Of a stretch of 64,000 bases of DNA, positions 47,363-56,537 are shown piece by piece (the stretch's first letter is position 1; every line of letters starts with the position of its first letter). The position numbers and the translations under genes are program-made. Source of the stretch: Candidatus Hodarchaeota archaeon (GTDB lineage Archaea > Asgardarchaeota > Heimdallarchaeia > Hodarchaeales > Hodarchaeaceae); contig JAEOTQ010000034.1 of assembly GCA_016839785.1 (NCBI GenBank), positions 1,206-65,205 of the forward strand. Reading direction: 5' to 3'. Below the pieces are notes generated by a model. The model had not been told where the DNA came from. It ran no database searches and worked only from the letters and a program-made list of their open reading frames with translations.

Positions 47363-50263
47363 ATGACCATTCTGAATGCTCTCTTTTTGAATCGTAAGAA
47401 TGGAACTTTGGAATTATATGATAATCAAGATCAGCAACTTTTAGTGCTAAGGTTGAATCAACCGTGGCTGTATTTTCCCTTTTCAAAACTAAATTATCTT
47501 ACTCATATCCGAATTATTAATCCATTTTATCTTGAGGAAGGGGAGTATGAAACTACACCTGATACACTCATAATCATCGATCCTAATATCCTAGTTAACT
47601 CACGTGCTATTGCAAGTGCTCATGTCTGTCCTCGACAAAGCTATCTTCAATATATTAGAGGAGATTCAAAACCTTCCCTACCCATGATTCGCGGACTGAT
47701 TATTCATGACATCTTTTCATTAATCATAACAAAAAATGTCTCAGTAGCTAAAGCTAGTGAACATATACTTGAACAATACTGGTTCCAGCTTTCATATCTA
47801 AAAGTTAATTTACGTAAGTTTAAGGAGGAAATACTGCCAATCATTCAGGGATTAGCTCACTCAGCTAAAGAATGGATAAATTCCAATGTAATTCCAGAAA
47901 TGACTTTCTTATCACCTCTATACGGAATAATGGGCCGCATAGACTTCTGGACCCAAGAAGAATTATTTGAGCTCAAAACTGGCAAGAAAATACCTTCAGT
48001 AGAAATTAATACATGGACATCTGATTTGTACCAAACTTTGATATATATGCACGGCTTAAGTAGCTCTTCCAAAAAGGCTGTTAGTAAATCTTATGTCATT
48101 TATTCGGGTATAGGAGTTCCTTCCTATAGATCAACCGTTATCGATAATTTATTACTACAAAATATCCATATAGCACGAAATCATTGTTATCTATTCCAAT
48201 ACGAAGATTATATCCCTCCTGTAATTGAAATTTCAGTTTGTAGATATTGTTTTGTCAAAGATCTATGTGAAATGTTTGAAAAATTAGAACTAGAGGCATC
48301 ACATCTGGCCTACACGTATTTTCAACATTTTATGTTGTTATTACGTCAAGAACATTTGAAAAATAGACAAGATTTTTCATTCCTATGGAAATTAAATCCT
48401 AGAGGACGGATTAAACTTGGTAAGGCAATTTCGAATATTTCTCTAGTCAATGTCAATGATGATTCTTACACTTTTACCTGTAATAACCATTCAGAATTGA
48501 AACCTGGAGAACCAGTGATATTCAGCAATGGAACTCCAACCTTGGATAAAACAATGATTGCTACAGTTACCGCAATTAGCCAATCGTCAGTCACGGTACG
48601 AAGTTATAATAATTTATCTCCATATTCCTTTCTTGATGCTTACTCATCAGATTTTAATTTTCGGAGACTGAACAAAAATGTGTTTGAGCTAGCACTAGGG
48701 TCAAAGAAAGGTCATAAAGCCCATAAACTAGTAATTAGGGGTATTAAACCAGGATTTACAAAGAGAGAGAAATTAAAGATCGAAACTGTAGATGATTCTC
48801 AACTCCAAGCTATTCAAAAGGCAGTAGAAGCCAATGATTATTGCTTAATTCAGGGACCTGCAGGTACAGGTAAGACATATACTATAACCAAACTAATAGA
48901 TGAGTTCCGAAAGGAAGGTATGTCGATTCTCCTAACTTCGTACACAAATACAGCTGTAGATAATATCCTAATTAATTACTTAGAAAATACCAGATTCAAG
49001 AATGAATTCAATCATATGACAAGGTTGGGGATCGAAGCTTCTGTAAGTTCTGAAATGATACCCTTTCTCTTAAAAAATCAAAATTTATCTTTTGAAGAAT
49101 TATTAAAAGTCCCTATAATTGCCGCAACCACTAGTACGATAAGTAAAAGCCTATTTGACGACCTTAACTTTGATGTAGTCATCGTTGATGAGGCAACACA
49201 AATGGCGGAGCCACATTTATTATCGGCCATAGCCAAGGGAAAAAAATTCATTCTTGTTGGTGATGATAAACAACTTCCTCCTTTGGTTCAAAGCCAGCAA
49301 GCAGAGAATTTAGGTCTTGGAATGAGTCTTTTCACCCGTTTAAAACAAAAATATCCTGATACGAATTCTCTCCTTCGTTTTCAATACCGTATGAATAAAG
49401 AATTAATGAATTTTAGTAACCAGCGTTACTACGAGGGACAAGTTGAGGCGATTAATGATTCAGTTGCCAAACAACTACTCTGGGAATTATTACCTTCTGA
49501 TGCAGATCTATCAAAGGTGGATCCATTTATTCAGTTAATCTTAGATCCAAATCAGCCCCTTGTTTATGTTGGAATAGATACGGAATTCAACAAAAAACGT
49601 CGAGTAAATTTGGGAGAAATTTTAATTATAAGACAATTAGTCGAAACACTATTGAATCTAGGATTGTCACCATATAGTCTAGGAATAATCGCTCCTTTTA
49701 GAGGACAGGTAGCTGAACTAAGGAGGAGTTTAAAAAACTATACGAGTTTATTAATTGATACTATTGACAGGTTTCAAGGGTCTGATAAGGAAATGATCAT
49801 TTTATCTTTATGTTCTCTTGAATCCCCTCATTTACTTGAGGACGAGAGACGATTAAATGTTGCTTTAACCAGGGCTAAGAAAAAAATGATTATTGTAGGA
49901 AACAAACCTAGAGAAGATTCGATAGCACAGTTTAGAGCCCTATTCCTCCATATTCAAAAACATTCTTCGGTTATTTTAATGAAAACGAACACAGCTCACG
50001 AAGAAAAAAGAGGAAAGGTGCACTCAAAAACAATTCAACTGAAGACATCGAAGGTAAAATTAGAAAAACAAGACAAGAATGAAGATTTCACTATGGAAAT
50101 TAGCCATAATACATGTGTTTTATGTTTGAAAAATATAAAAGATGAGAAGAATCTATTAAAATGTCCGATTTGTAATCAAGCTTATCACAAAGATCATCTC
50201 GAAGAATGGCTACTTACACACGAGTCTTGCGTTGTATGCCAGAGTACTATTCAACTATTATGA
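47363..50263 (+). CDS. Dna2-like protein: Cas4-type PD-(D/E)xK/Fe-S nuclease + SF1B (Upf1/Dna2-like) helicase + C-terminal RING/PHD-like zinc finger
   Basis: Nuclease: AHVCPRQSYL, GRIDFW..ELFELKTGK, LYQTLIY, CRYCFVKDLC. Helicase: GPAGTGKT, VIVDEATQ, LRFQYRMN, IDRFQGSDKE, RRLNVALTRAK. Finger at 50114-50239: C-x2-C-x12-C-x2-C-x4-H-x2-H-x10-C-x2-C. Confidence 0.8.
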   Translation: MTILNALFLNRKNGTLELYDNQDQQLLVLRLNQPWLYFPFSKLNYLTHIRIINPFYLEEGEYETTPDTLIIIDPNILVNSRAIASAHVCPRQSYLQYIRGDSKPSLPMIRGLIIHDIFSLIITKNVSVAKASEHILEQYWFQLSYLKVNLRKFKEEILPIIQGLAHSAKEWINSNVIPEMTFLSPLYGIMGRIDFWTQEELFELKTGKKIPSVEINTWTSDLYQTLIYMHGLSSSSKKAVSKSYVIYSGIGVPSYRSTVIDNLLLQNIHIARNHCYLFQYEDYIPPVIEISVCRYCFVKDLCEMFEKLELEASHLAYTYFQHFMLLLRQEHLKNRQDFSFLWKLNPRGRIKLGKAISNISLVNVNDDSYTFTCNNHSELKPGEPVIFSNGTPTLDKTMIATVTAISQSSVTVRSYNNLSPYSFLDAYSSDFNFRRLNKNVFELALGSKKGHKAHKLVIRGIKPGFTKREKLKIETVDDSQLQAIQKAVEANDYCLIQGPAGTGKTYTITKLIDEFRKEGMSILLTSYTNTAVDNILINYLENTRFKNEFNHMTRLGIEASVSSEMIPFLLKNQNLSFEELLKVPIIAATTSTISKSLFDDLNFDVVIVDEATQMAEPHLLSAIAKGKKFILVGDDKQLPPLVQSQQAENLGLGMSLFTRLKQKYPDTNSLLRFQYRMNKELMNFSNQRYYEGQVEAINDSVAKQLLWELLPSDADLSKVDPFIQLILDPNQPLVYVGIDTEFNKKRRVNLGEILIIRQLVETLLNLGLSPYSLGIIAPFRGQVAELRRSLKNYTSLLIDTIDRFQGSDKEMIILSLCSLESPHLLEDERRLNVALTRAKKKMIIVGNKPREDSIAQFRALFLHIQKHSSVILMKTNTAHEEKRGKVHSKTIQLKTSKVKLEKQDKNEDFTMEISHNTCVLCLKNIKDEKNLLKCPICNQAYHKDHLEEWLLTHESCVVCQSTIQLL

Positions 50264-50285
50264 AAATAAATAACTTGAGGGTAGA

Positions 50286-52028
50286 ATGATTTTGTCACCA
50301 AATAGGGATAGTGATCTCAAAAAAAACCTTGGTGCATTCTATACTCCACCTCTGCTTGCCTCTGAATTGACGAATCAATCAATGAATGAGGCTATTTCAT
50401 CACAAGTACAACGATTATTTGGTATCTCACTTTCTGTAGAAAATCTTCTCAATTCAGACGAAAAAAATGTTCTACAAGCAATTTCAACTTACTTACTAAA
50501 TTTTACAGTGCTGGATGGCTCATTAGGACAGGGTGAGTTTCTTATAACGTCCTATCGGTCTCTAAAAGAAATATTTGAATCAGTGACAATGCAACTTACC
50601 AAATTAGGACAACAAGCCACCATTTTTCCCCAACGAAGAATTTTAAATAATTTATTTGGGATGGAAATTGACTCTGGTACTTTGAATGCGTGTGGAGAGA
50701 ATCTCAAAGAGCATAATTGGGATATCAGCAAAAATCACATTTTAAAGTGGATAAAGAAAAATCTCGTTGAAGGGAACTTCCTAGAAAGTAATTTATGTTC
50801 TTGGGAACATCTACCTGAGAATTTTCAAGGGTTCGACCTCATTATTGGAAATCCTCCATGGGGAAGTCAATTAACAAAGGAGGAAAAAGCTTACTACCAT
50901 AAGAAATTTAATTTATCAGGATCAAAACGAAATTTAAATTCGTTTGAACTTTTTGTATATCAGAGTACAAATTTACTAAAACCAAATGGTGGTTACTTAG
51001 CTCTATATCTCCCGAAAAACTTAGTACGATCAAACCAGTATGTAAATTTGAGAAAATTCATTCTTACTAACTATCAACTCAAATCTTTGGTTTTTCACGA
51101 TTTGTTTGTAAATGTCACACAAGAATTTATCTCACTTATAGCTCATTTCACTGAAGAAGAAAAAACAAGCAATAAATTACATGTGAACCAATTAGGGGAA
51201 ATTCTCCAAAACGTTTACTTGACTAATACTGATTATATATTCACCAATTTAACAGATAAAACATCCTTCCAATTATTAAACCTAATTAAAAAAAACACCA
51301 AGACATTAGAAGAATATGTAACAATACAACGAGGGGAAGAACTCAGTAAAAGAGGAGGAATTATGTATTGTAACTTATGTACATCATGGGTTCCACTATC
51401 TAGTAGAAAACCTAACATTGAATGCCCCCAATGTCATGAAGTTTTGAACAAAACCGATTTACAGGCTCAATTTCTTATAAGTCCAAGTAAATCCTCAGAA
51501 CACAAAATACCTATTCTCACAGGAGATGATTTTGATCAATATTTAATAAATTCTACTCATTATTTCAATGACTTAATAAAATTTAAATCCAAAAAGAATA
51601 CGGATATTTACCAATCCCCCAAAATTGTCCTCCAAAAAATAAAACGATTTCCCTGTGCAACAATAGATCTAAATAATACCCTGACAACTCAGAATGTTTA
51701 TAATATTCGTTTAAAGGAGCAATGGCAAAAACATCCCAAGTATCTTTACTATATTTTAGCTATACTTAATTCACATCTGATGAATTGGTATTATGAAAAC
51801 CAATTCAACCTAGGATCCAAGTATACAAATGCTATATCAATTAAAAATTTGAAACGACTTCCAATCCGACCTCCAGAGAAAAATGAAAAGACAGTCGAAA
51901 CGATTGAGAGAAAAATAAGAAATTTATACACTTCTGAAACCCTTTCGAATTCTTGGAAAGAAGAAATTGATAATCTCATATATCGTGTGTATAACTGCTC
52001 TGCTATTAATGAAAATTTCAAAATTTGA
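50286..52028 (+). CDS. Gamma-class N6-adenine DNA methyltransferase (Eco57I/TaqI-like) with TRD and an inserted CxxC...CxxC zinc ribbon
   Basis: LGAFYTPP (motif X), VLDGSLGQGEFL (motif I), IIGNPPWG (motif IV, NPPW), CNLCTSW...CPQCHE. Starts 22 nt after the helicase-nuclease stop. Confidence 0.8.
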   Translation: MILSPNRDSDLKKNLGAFYTPPLLASELTNQSMNEAISSQVQRLFGISLSVENLLNSDEKNVLQAISTYLLNFTVLDGSLGQGEFLITSYRSLKEIFESVTMQLTKLGQQATIFPQRRILNNLFGMEIDSGTLNACGENLKEHNWDISKNHILKWIKKNLVEGNFLESNLCSWEHLPENFQGFDLIIGNPPWGSQLTKEEKAYYHKKFNLSGSKRNLNSFELFVYQSTNLLKPNGGYLALYLPKNLVRSNQYVNLRKFILTNYQLKSLVFHDLFVNVTQEFISLIAHFTEEEKTSNKLHVNQLGEILQNVYLTNTDYIFTNLTDKTSFQLLNLIKKNTKTLEEYVTIQRGEELSKRGGIMYCNLCTSWVPLSSRKPNIECPQCHEVLNKTDLQAQFLISPSKSSEHKIPILTGDDFDQYLINSTHYFNDLIKFKSKKNTDIYQSPKIVLQKIKRFPCATIDLNNTLTTQNVYNIRLKEQWQKHPKYLYYILAILNSHLMNWYYENQFNLGSKYTNAISIKNLKRLPIRPPEKNEKTVETIERKIRNLYTSETLSNSWKEEIDNLIYRVYNCSAINENFKI

Positions 52029-52050
52029 GAACTTTGTGATGAGGAAGAAC

Positions 52051-52833
52051 TCATTCTTTTTTTTCTAGGTAATTATCAAGTGTAGTATTTTGAATGTCTT
52101 TTTCCAACGATTTACCAAACAATGCTTTTTTTTCAATTATTGATTTGTATTCTTCTCTCAATTCAAAACCTATCACATCCCTTCCAGTCCTTCGAGCAGC
52201 TAGAATTGTTCCTCCAGAACCAGAAAAGACATCTCCTACTAAATCACCTACACAGCTTGAGGTAAGTATTAATTTTTCCAAGAGAACTATAGGAAGTTGA
52301 CAAGGATGTCCCTTAATTCGATGAGGGTCGTTTCCTCTATTGTACTCCTGCCAAAAGAAAACATCTTCATCATAATGCTTCTGTTTAGTAAACTGATATT
52401 TTTTACGATTTTTTACGAGTAATAAAATGTGGTAATGACTTGTAACAAATCGACGTTTTGTATAGACACCCCAGGAGAAATTCCAGATCGCATGATTCAA
52501 CATATGAAAACTTGTGGTTTTGAGTGCATTTAGGATGTATTGTAAATTAGTCCATCCAGATATTATATAGAGACTTCCATTGACATTAAGTGCATTATAA
52601 CAATTTAAAATCCATCTTTTAGAAAACTCAAAGTAAGATTCGGGAGTAAAATCGTCATTGTATAAATGATAATCATCCGCACCATATTCATGGGAGGATT
52701 TACTGAAGGATATACCAAATGGAGGATCTGCAATAATTAAATCAAATAACCGCTCCTCAGCTATCATAGGTAAAGTCTGATTGACATCTCCTATGACTAA
52801 CTGGTATTTGGTGTTAGAATTCATTCTCTGCAC
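52051..52833 (-). CDS. Beta-class N6A/N4C DNA methyltransferase (N6_N4_Mtase family)
   Basis: IIADPPFG (motif IV) precedes HPCQLP...DVFSGSGGT (motif I), the beta-class order. Begins 6 nt after the DUF1156 methylase stop. Confidence 0.8.
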   Translation of the reverse strand: MQRMNSNTKYQLVIGDVNQTLPMIAEERLFDLIIADPPFGISFSKSSHEYGADDYHLYNDDFTPESYFEFSKRWILNCYNALNVNGSLYIISGWTNLQYILNALKTTSFHMLNHAIWNFSWGVYTKRRFVTSHYHILLLVKNRKKYQFTKQKHYDEDVFFWQEYNRGNDPHRIKGHPCQLPIVLLEKLILTSSCVGDLVGDVFSGSGGTILAARRTGRDVIGFELREEYKSIIEKKALFGKSLEKDIQNTTLDNYLEKKE

Positions 52834-52839
52834 TCAAAA

Positions 52840-54984
52840 TCAAGTTTGTATTATACTCAAATAGAGGTCTTTACAACTTTTCCATAAATCGGATTTTGAA
52901 TTTGGTTTCTGTTCAAGAATGGGTTGTACCTGTGAAATAAGCTCTAAGTATTCTCCAAAAAAAACAACGATTACATTATTTGTTTGTATCGTGAGTCCAA
53001 TATTAGAATAATATTCAATTTTGTTATGATAATTTTGATTCAAACGTATTACAAATTCTGCTAAGGAAACATTGTTCCTAATTTCTTCAACCGTAAGATA
53101 ACAACTAATTATTAAATCATAGGAAATAGCCTTTTTATTTTGAATATTCAGCACATTCAAGGCTTCACTCTGTAAAGCGTGAGTTTTTTTCACACTAAAA
53201 CCTGATTGTTCAATTATATCCGCAAGCTTAAACCAGGTATCAGGATCTGCATGATGAAATGTAAAAACAAATACTCCATCAGGAGAAAGTTGCCTTTTAC
53301 AGTTTGAAAAGATGTTAGCGAGTTTTAAATAGTAATCTGAATTCCTGTTTTTTGCTTCTATAGCCTCCTCAAGTTTAGGAGTCTCAACTGGAATAAAAAT
53401 TGGATATTTCTTCTTCAGTATTAGTCTAATCCAAACATATAAGAAATCAGACAGTTCTGAATAGTTTACATTATCAGCATATGGGGGATCTGAAATAATG
53501 AGGTCAATACCATTTGGAAATAAAGGTATTTTTTCGGAGTCTTGGCAGAGAAGCAGTAAATTACTTTTTTGATTGGGAAAATCCTCTATTTCTCCATTAT
53601 GTATGCATCCATCAATTTTTCCTACCATAACTTTATGACGTTTTCTTGTTGATACATTTTTGCTACTATATTCAAAATTATAGGGCGTGTGATTATACTC
53701 CTTCCCTTTCAGTAATCTTTTGAGGCATTTAATCCAAGTTCCCCTTCCATATCTTGTCCCCCAAACATTGTTTTCAGCATACGTAGACAAAGGATGAAAA
53801 TCATGGCGAGAAAAAATACCTTCTACTTTTTGACCTTTAGGAGAGTACCTGGTAAATGTATTGTTATGGTTTAGGAGGTTAAGAAACGCAGCTAGAAGCA
53901 TCTCCTGAAGATTATCTTCTTCAATATCCTTAATATAGTCTAAGATCAGACTCAAAGTCAATAATTGGCGGGAATTGAAAAGATCAGCCCATTTCGAGTA
54001 GTTGTGATTTAATAAGACTTTTGTTGTAACTCCAATCGAAATATCTTCTTTCGGCCAAAGATATTGATCCGAAAGATTCTGCCATTGCTCTTCAGCTTCC
54101 TCATAGAGATCGAGATCTTCTTGTGAAACTTTTTTGATAAATTTAAATTTTGATTTCGATAGATCTGAATTAGGATCATTATCATTTGCACAGTGTGAGC
54201 AGAATCCTTCGATTGCAAAGGGTTTGCTAGATAAAGGGGCTTTCCTGGACTGAGTGGTGTTTAAGATTTTGATTAAGTCTCCGCAATCAGGACATTCGAG
54301 GATTTTTCTCCCCTTTCGGTAACCAGAACTAGCTTTGAATTTATTATTACAATCAGGACACCTGATTTCTGACGTAAGCGGTTTATTTGAGGAAAATACT
54401 GCATGGCATGAAGGACAATAAACAATTGCTTCATTAGCCAAATAACCAACAAGAAAATTCCGGAACATCGGAATATTTGAATTACACGTAGGACAGGGTA
54501 AACTTTTAACCCAATGTGTATAAATTATATCCGCGTTATTCTTGCATTCTGGGCAAAAAGTTTTGTACCATTTTTTTATGTGATTTTTCAAATCTCCTTC
54601 ACATTTAGTGATTAACAAGTTTAGCTCTTCTGTATCGACCATAACACTCTCAGTTTTAGTTATAAACCATGCAACTGGATTAATGTCTACACCAATACAA
54701 TTCATTCCGAGCCTTAAAGCTTCTATAATTGTCGTTCCTCCCCCCATAAATGGGTCAAGTATTGTTATATTATTAAAGTTATCTTTTGCTTCATAAAATT
54801 CTTTCATGATATCATCTGAAGGATCTAAGATACAGGAAAGGAGAATTGCCCTAAAAATTGAGGAAGATCGTCGAGCGAACCATTTAGACATCTGATAAAT
54901 AGGTTTATAGCTACTTCGTTCAGGAATAGCGAGCTGACTAATTTCAATGATTGGAAAAGTGGTTTCAATCATCCTTCTAGTCAT
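52840..54984 (-). CDS. DUF1156/COG1743 adenine-specific DNA methylase with multiple Zn ribbons
   Basis: N-terminal FPIIEIS...SKWFARRSS, LDPFMGGGTTIIEALRLGMNCIGVDINPVA, four CPxC pairs, ISDPPYADNVNYSELSDFLYVW. Confidence 0.75.
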   Translation of the reverse strand: MTRRMIETTFPIIEISQLAIPERSSYKPIYQMSKWFARRSSSIFRAILLSCILDPSDDIMKEFYEAKDNFNNITILDPFMGGGTTIIEALRLGMNCIGVDINPVAWFITKTESVMVDTEELNLLITKCEGDLKNHIKKWYKTFCPECKNNADIIYTHWVKSLPCPTCNSNIPMFRNFLVGYLANEAIVYCPSCHAVFSSNKPLTSEIRCPDCNNKFKASSGYRKGRKILECPDCGDLIKILNTTQSRKAPLSSKPFAIEGFCSHCANDNDPNSDLSKSKFKFIKKVSQEDLDLYEEAEEQWQNLSDQYLWPKEDISIGVTTKVLLNHNYSKWADLFNSRQLLTLSLILDYIKDIEEDNLQEMLLAAFLNLLNHNNTFTRYSPKGQKVEGIFSRHDFHPLSTYAENNVWGTRYGRGTWIKCLKRLLKGKEYNHTPYNFEYSSKNVSTRKRHKVMVGKIDGCIHNGEIEDFPNQKSNLLLLCQDSEKIPLFPNGIDLIISDPPYADNVNYSELSDFLYVWIRLILKKKYPIFIPVETPKLEEAIEAKNRNSDYYLKLANIFSNCKRQLSPDGVFVFTFHHADPDTWFKLADIIEQSGFSVKKTHALQSEALNVLNIQNKKAISYDLIISCYLTVEEIRNNVSLAEFVIRLNQNYHNKIEYYSNIGLTIQTNNVIVVFFGEYLELISQVQPILEQKPNSKSDLWKSCKDLYLSIIQT

Positions 54985-54999
54985 ACAATCAGAACCATT

Positions 55000-55647
55000 T
55001 TAGGATCTACCCTTAATGAACTGAGTAAATTCAAAAGGCGTATTAAAAACATAATCAGGCTTGCATTGGAGTAATTTATCAATCTCGACAGATCCCCATG
55101 TAACCCCAGCTGTTGGAACACCAGCAGCTTTTCCAGCAATTACATCTAAATGACTATCCCCAATAAAGATAACTTCCTCTGGGTTGAGACTTAAATCTTC
55201 CAATATTCGAAACAGTGCATCAGGATAGGGTTTCGAATTTTCCACATCACTTCCAGTGTAAATAAGGTCAAAACAATCCGTAATGCCGAGTTCTTCAAGT
55301 GAAATTGTATTTGTATAACGTGATTTGCCAGTAAAAATTGCTAGATATTGTACATACTTTCGAAAATCACTTAATTCTCTACGAGAAAAAAATCCCTCTT
55401 TGGTATGAGTCTCACGATATTTAGCCAAAAACTCACTCCATGCTTTGTCAACTATATTTGGAGGAAATATTTTTCTGAAAATTTCATCTCCTGGGGGTCC
55501 CCATAAAGATAACACTTCTCTTTTAGTCATACTTTTGTCTGATCCAAGATATTTTACTACGATATCTTGAAATAGAGAAATAATCGAATCTGTATTATCA
55601 AGGAGTGTCCCATCCACATCAAATATGATACACTGTAACTTTGACAT
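55000..55647 (-). CDS. HAD-superfamily phosphatase (phosphoglycolate phosphatase/PpaX-like)
   Basis: IIFDVDGTLLDN (motif I), TGKS (motif II region), GDSHLDVIAG (motif IV). I prefer the ATG at 55647; the 38-aa extension in the track ORF looks non-genic. Confidence 0.75.
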   Translation of the reverse strand: MSKLQCIIFDVDGTLLDNTDSIISLFQDIVVKYLGSDKSMTKREVLSLWGPPGDEIFRKIFPPNIVDKAWSEFLAKYRETHTKEGFFSRRELSDFRKYVQYLAIFTGKSRYTNTISLEELGITDCFDLIYTGSDVENSKPYPDALFRILEDLSLNPEEVIFIGDSHLDVIAGKAAGVPTAGVTWGSVEIDKLLQCKPDYVFNTPFEFTQFIKGRS

Positions 55648-55663
55648 GTTTAGCCACCGTACC

Positions 55664-55682
55664 TTTTTATTATATATTTTTA
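55664..55682. promoter_or_regulatory. AT-rich TATA-like element in the ~65-bp divergent intergenic region between the HAD and methyltransferase genes
   Basis: The sequence TTTTTATTATATATTTTTA lies ~25 nt from the minus-strand ATG and ~40 nt from the plus-strand ATG, compatible with short-leader or leaderless archaeal transcripts in both directions. Confidence 0.3.
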
Positions 55683-55715
55683 ACTTAGAACTATGGAATA
55701 AGAGATTGGATATTG

Positions 55716-56531
55716 ATGAAAGATTCAGGAAGTATTGATCCTCGCAATAAGTTAAATGCACTCTCTGGGAAAGAGTGGATTCGTTTTACAAAATCTTGGT
55801 TTATTGCGGATGGGAAATCAAGTGACATTTCACGCGAGATCGATTTGCATCCTGCATCTTTTCCACCTTCTATGATAGAGGATTTCATTAATTTCTTTAC
55901 TAAACCAGGTGAAAAAGTGCTAGATCCATTTTTGGGAACTGGTTCGACCTTAGTCGCCTGCGAAAATACTGGAAGGAAAGGTGTAGGGATAGAACTTTAT
56001 CCAAAATATGCTAAGACTGCGAAATCCAGGACTAACTTCCCTGTTCTGGAAGGAGACCTACGAAAATTATTGTGTACACTGGATATTAACTCATTCTCTC
56101 TTTGTATTACATCTCCTCCATACTGGAGAATATTAAAGAAAAAAAAGGATTATAATCAACAGGAACGTCTAGAAAAAGGTCTTGATCTACAATATGGACA
56201 AAATCCTTTGGATTTAGGTATGATAGAGGACAAAGAAGAGTTTTTAAAGGAACTCACAGACACTTTTTCCAAAATTCATGCTCTGTTAACTGAGGGAGCT
56301 CATCTAATTGTTTTTATTCAAAATGTTAGGGATAAAGGAGAAATGATCCCTCTCGCTTTTGAACTTCCTCTTCGTCTCAAGAAATGGTATTCTTTTTTAG
56401 GAGAAAGAGTATGGTTACAAAATCAGAAGACTTTAAGACCATATGGATACCCATATAGTTTTGTTTCCAATGTCCATCATCATTTTGCATTAATATTTAA
56501 GAAACGAAGCCAAGATCTTAAACAGAAATAG
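55716..56531 (+). CDS. DNA methyltransferase with SPPY catalytic motif (likely N4-cytosine or N6-adenine) and permuted motif order
   Basis: HPASFPPSMIEDFI..VLDPFLGTGST (motif I) comes before ITSPPYW (motif IV), the opposite order to the 52051-52833 enzyme. Confidence 0.7.
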   Translation: MKDSGSIDPRNKLNALSGKEWIRFTKSWFIADGKSSDISREIDLHPASFPPSMIEDFINFFTKPGEKVLDPFLGTGSTLVACENTGRKGVGIELYPKYAKTAKSRTNFPVLEGDLRKLLCTLDINSFSLCITSPPYWRILKKKKDYNQQERLEKGLDLQYGQNPLDLGMIEDKEEFLKELTDTFSKIHALLTEGAHLIVFIQNVRDKGEMIPLAFELPLRLKKWYSFLGERVWLQNQKTLRPYGYPYSFVSNVHHHFALIFKKRSQDLKQK

Positions 56532-56537
56532 CTCGGA

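Noticed and set aside
55648-55761. 38-aa N-terminal extension of the HAD phosphatase ORF overlapping the divergent methyltransferase start
   Set aside because: The HAD motif I (IIFDVDG) normally lies within ~10 residues of the N-terminus. The extension is low complexity and would abolish the divergent promoter region, so the ATG at 55647 is preferred.
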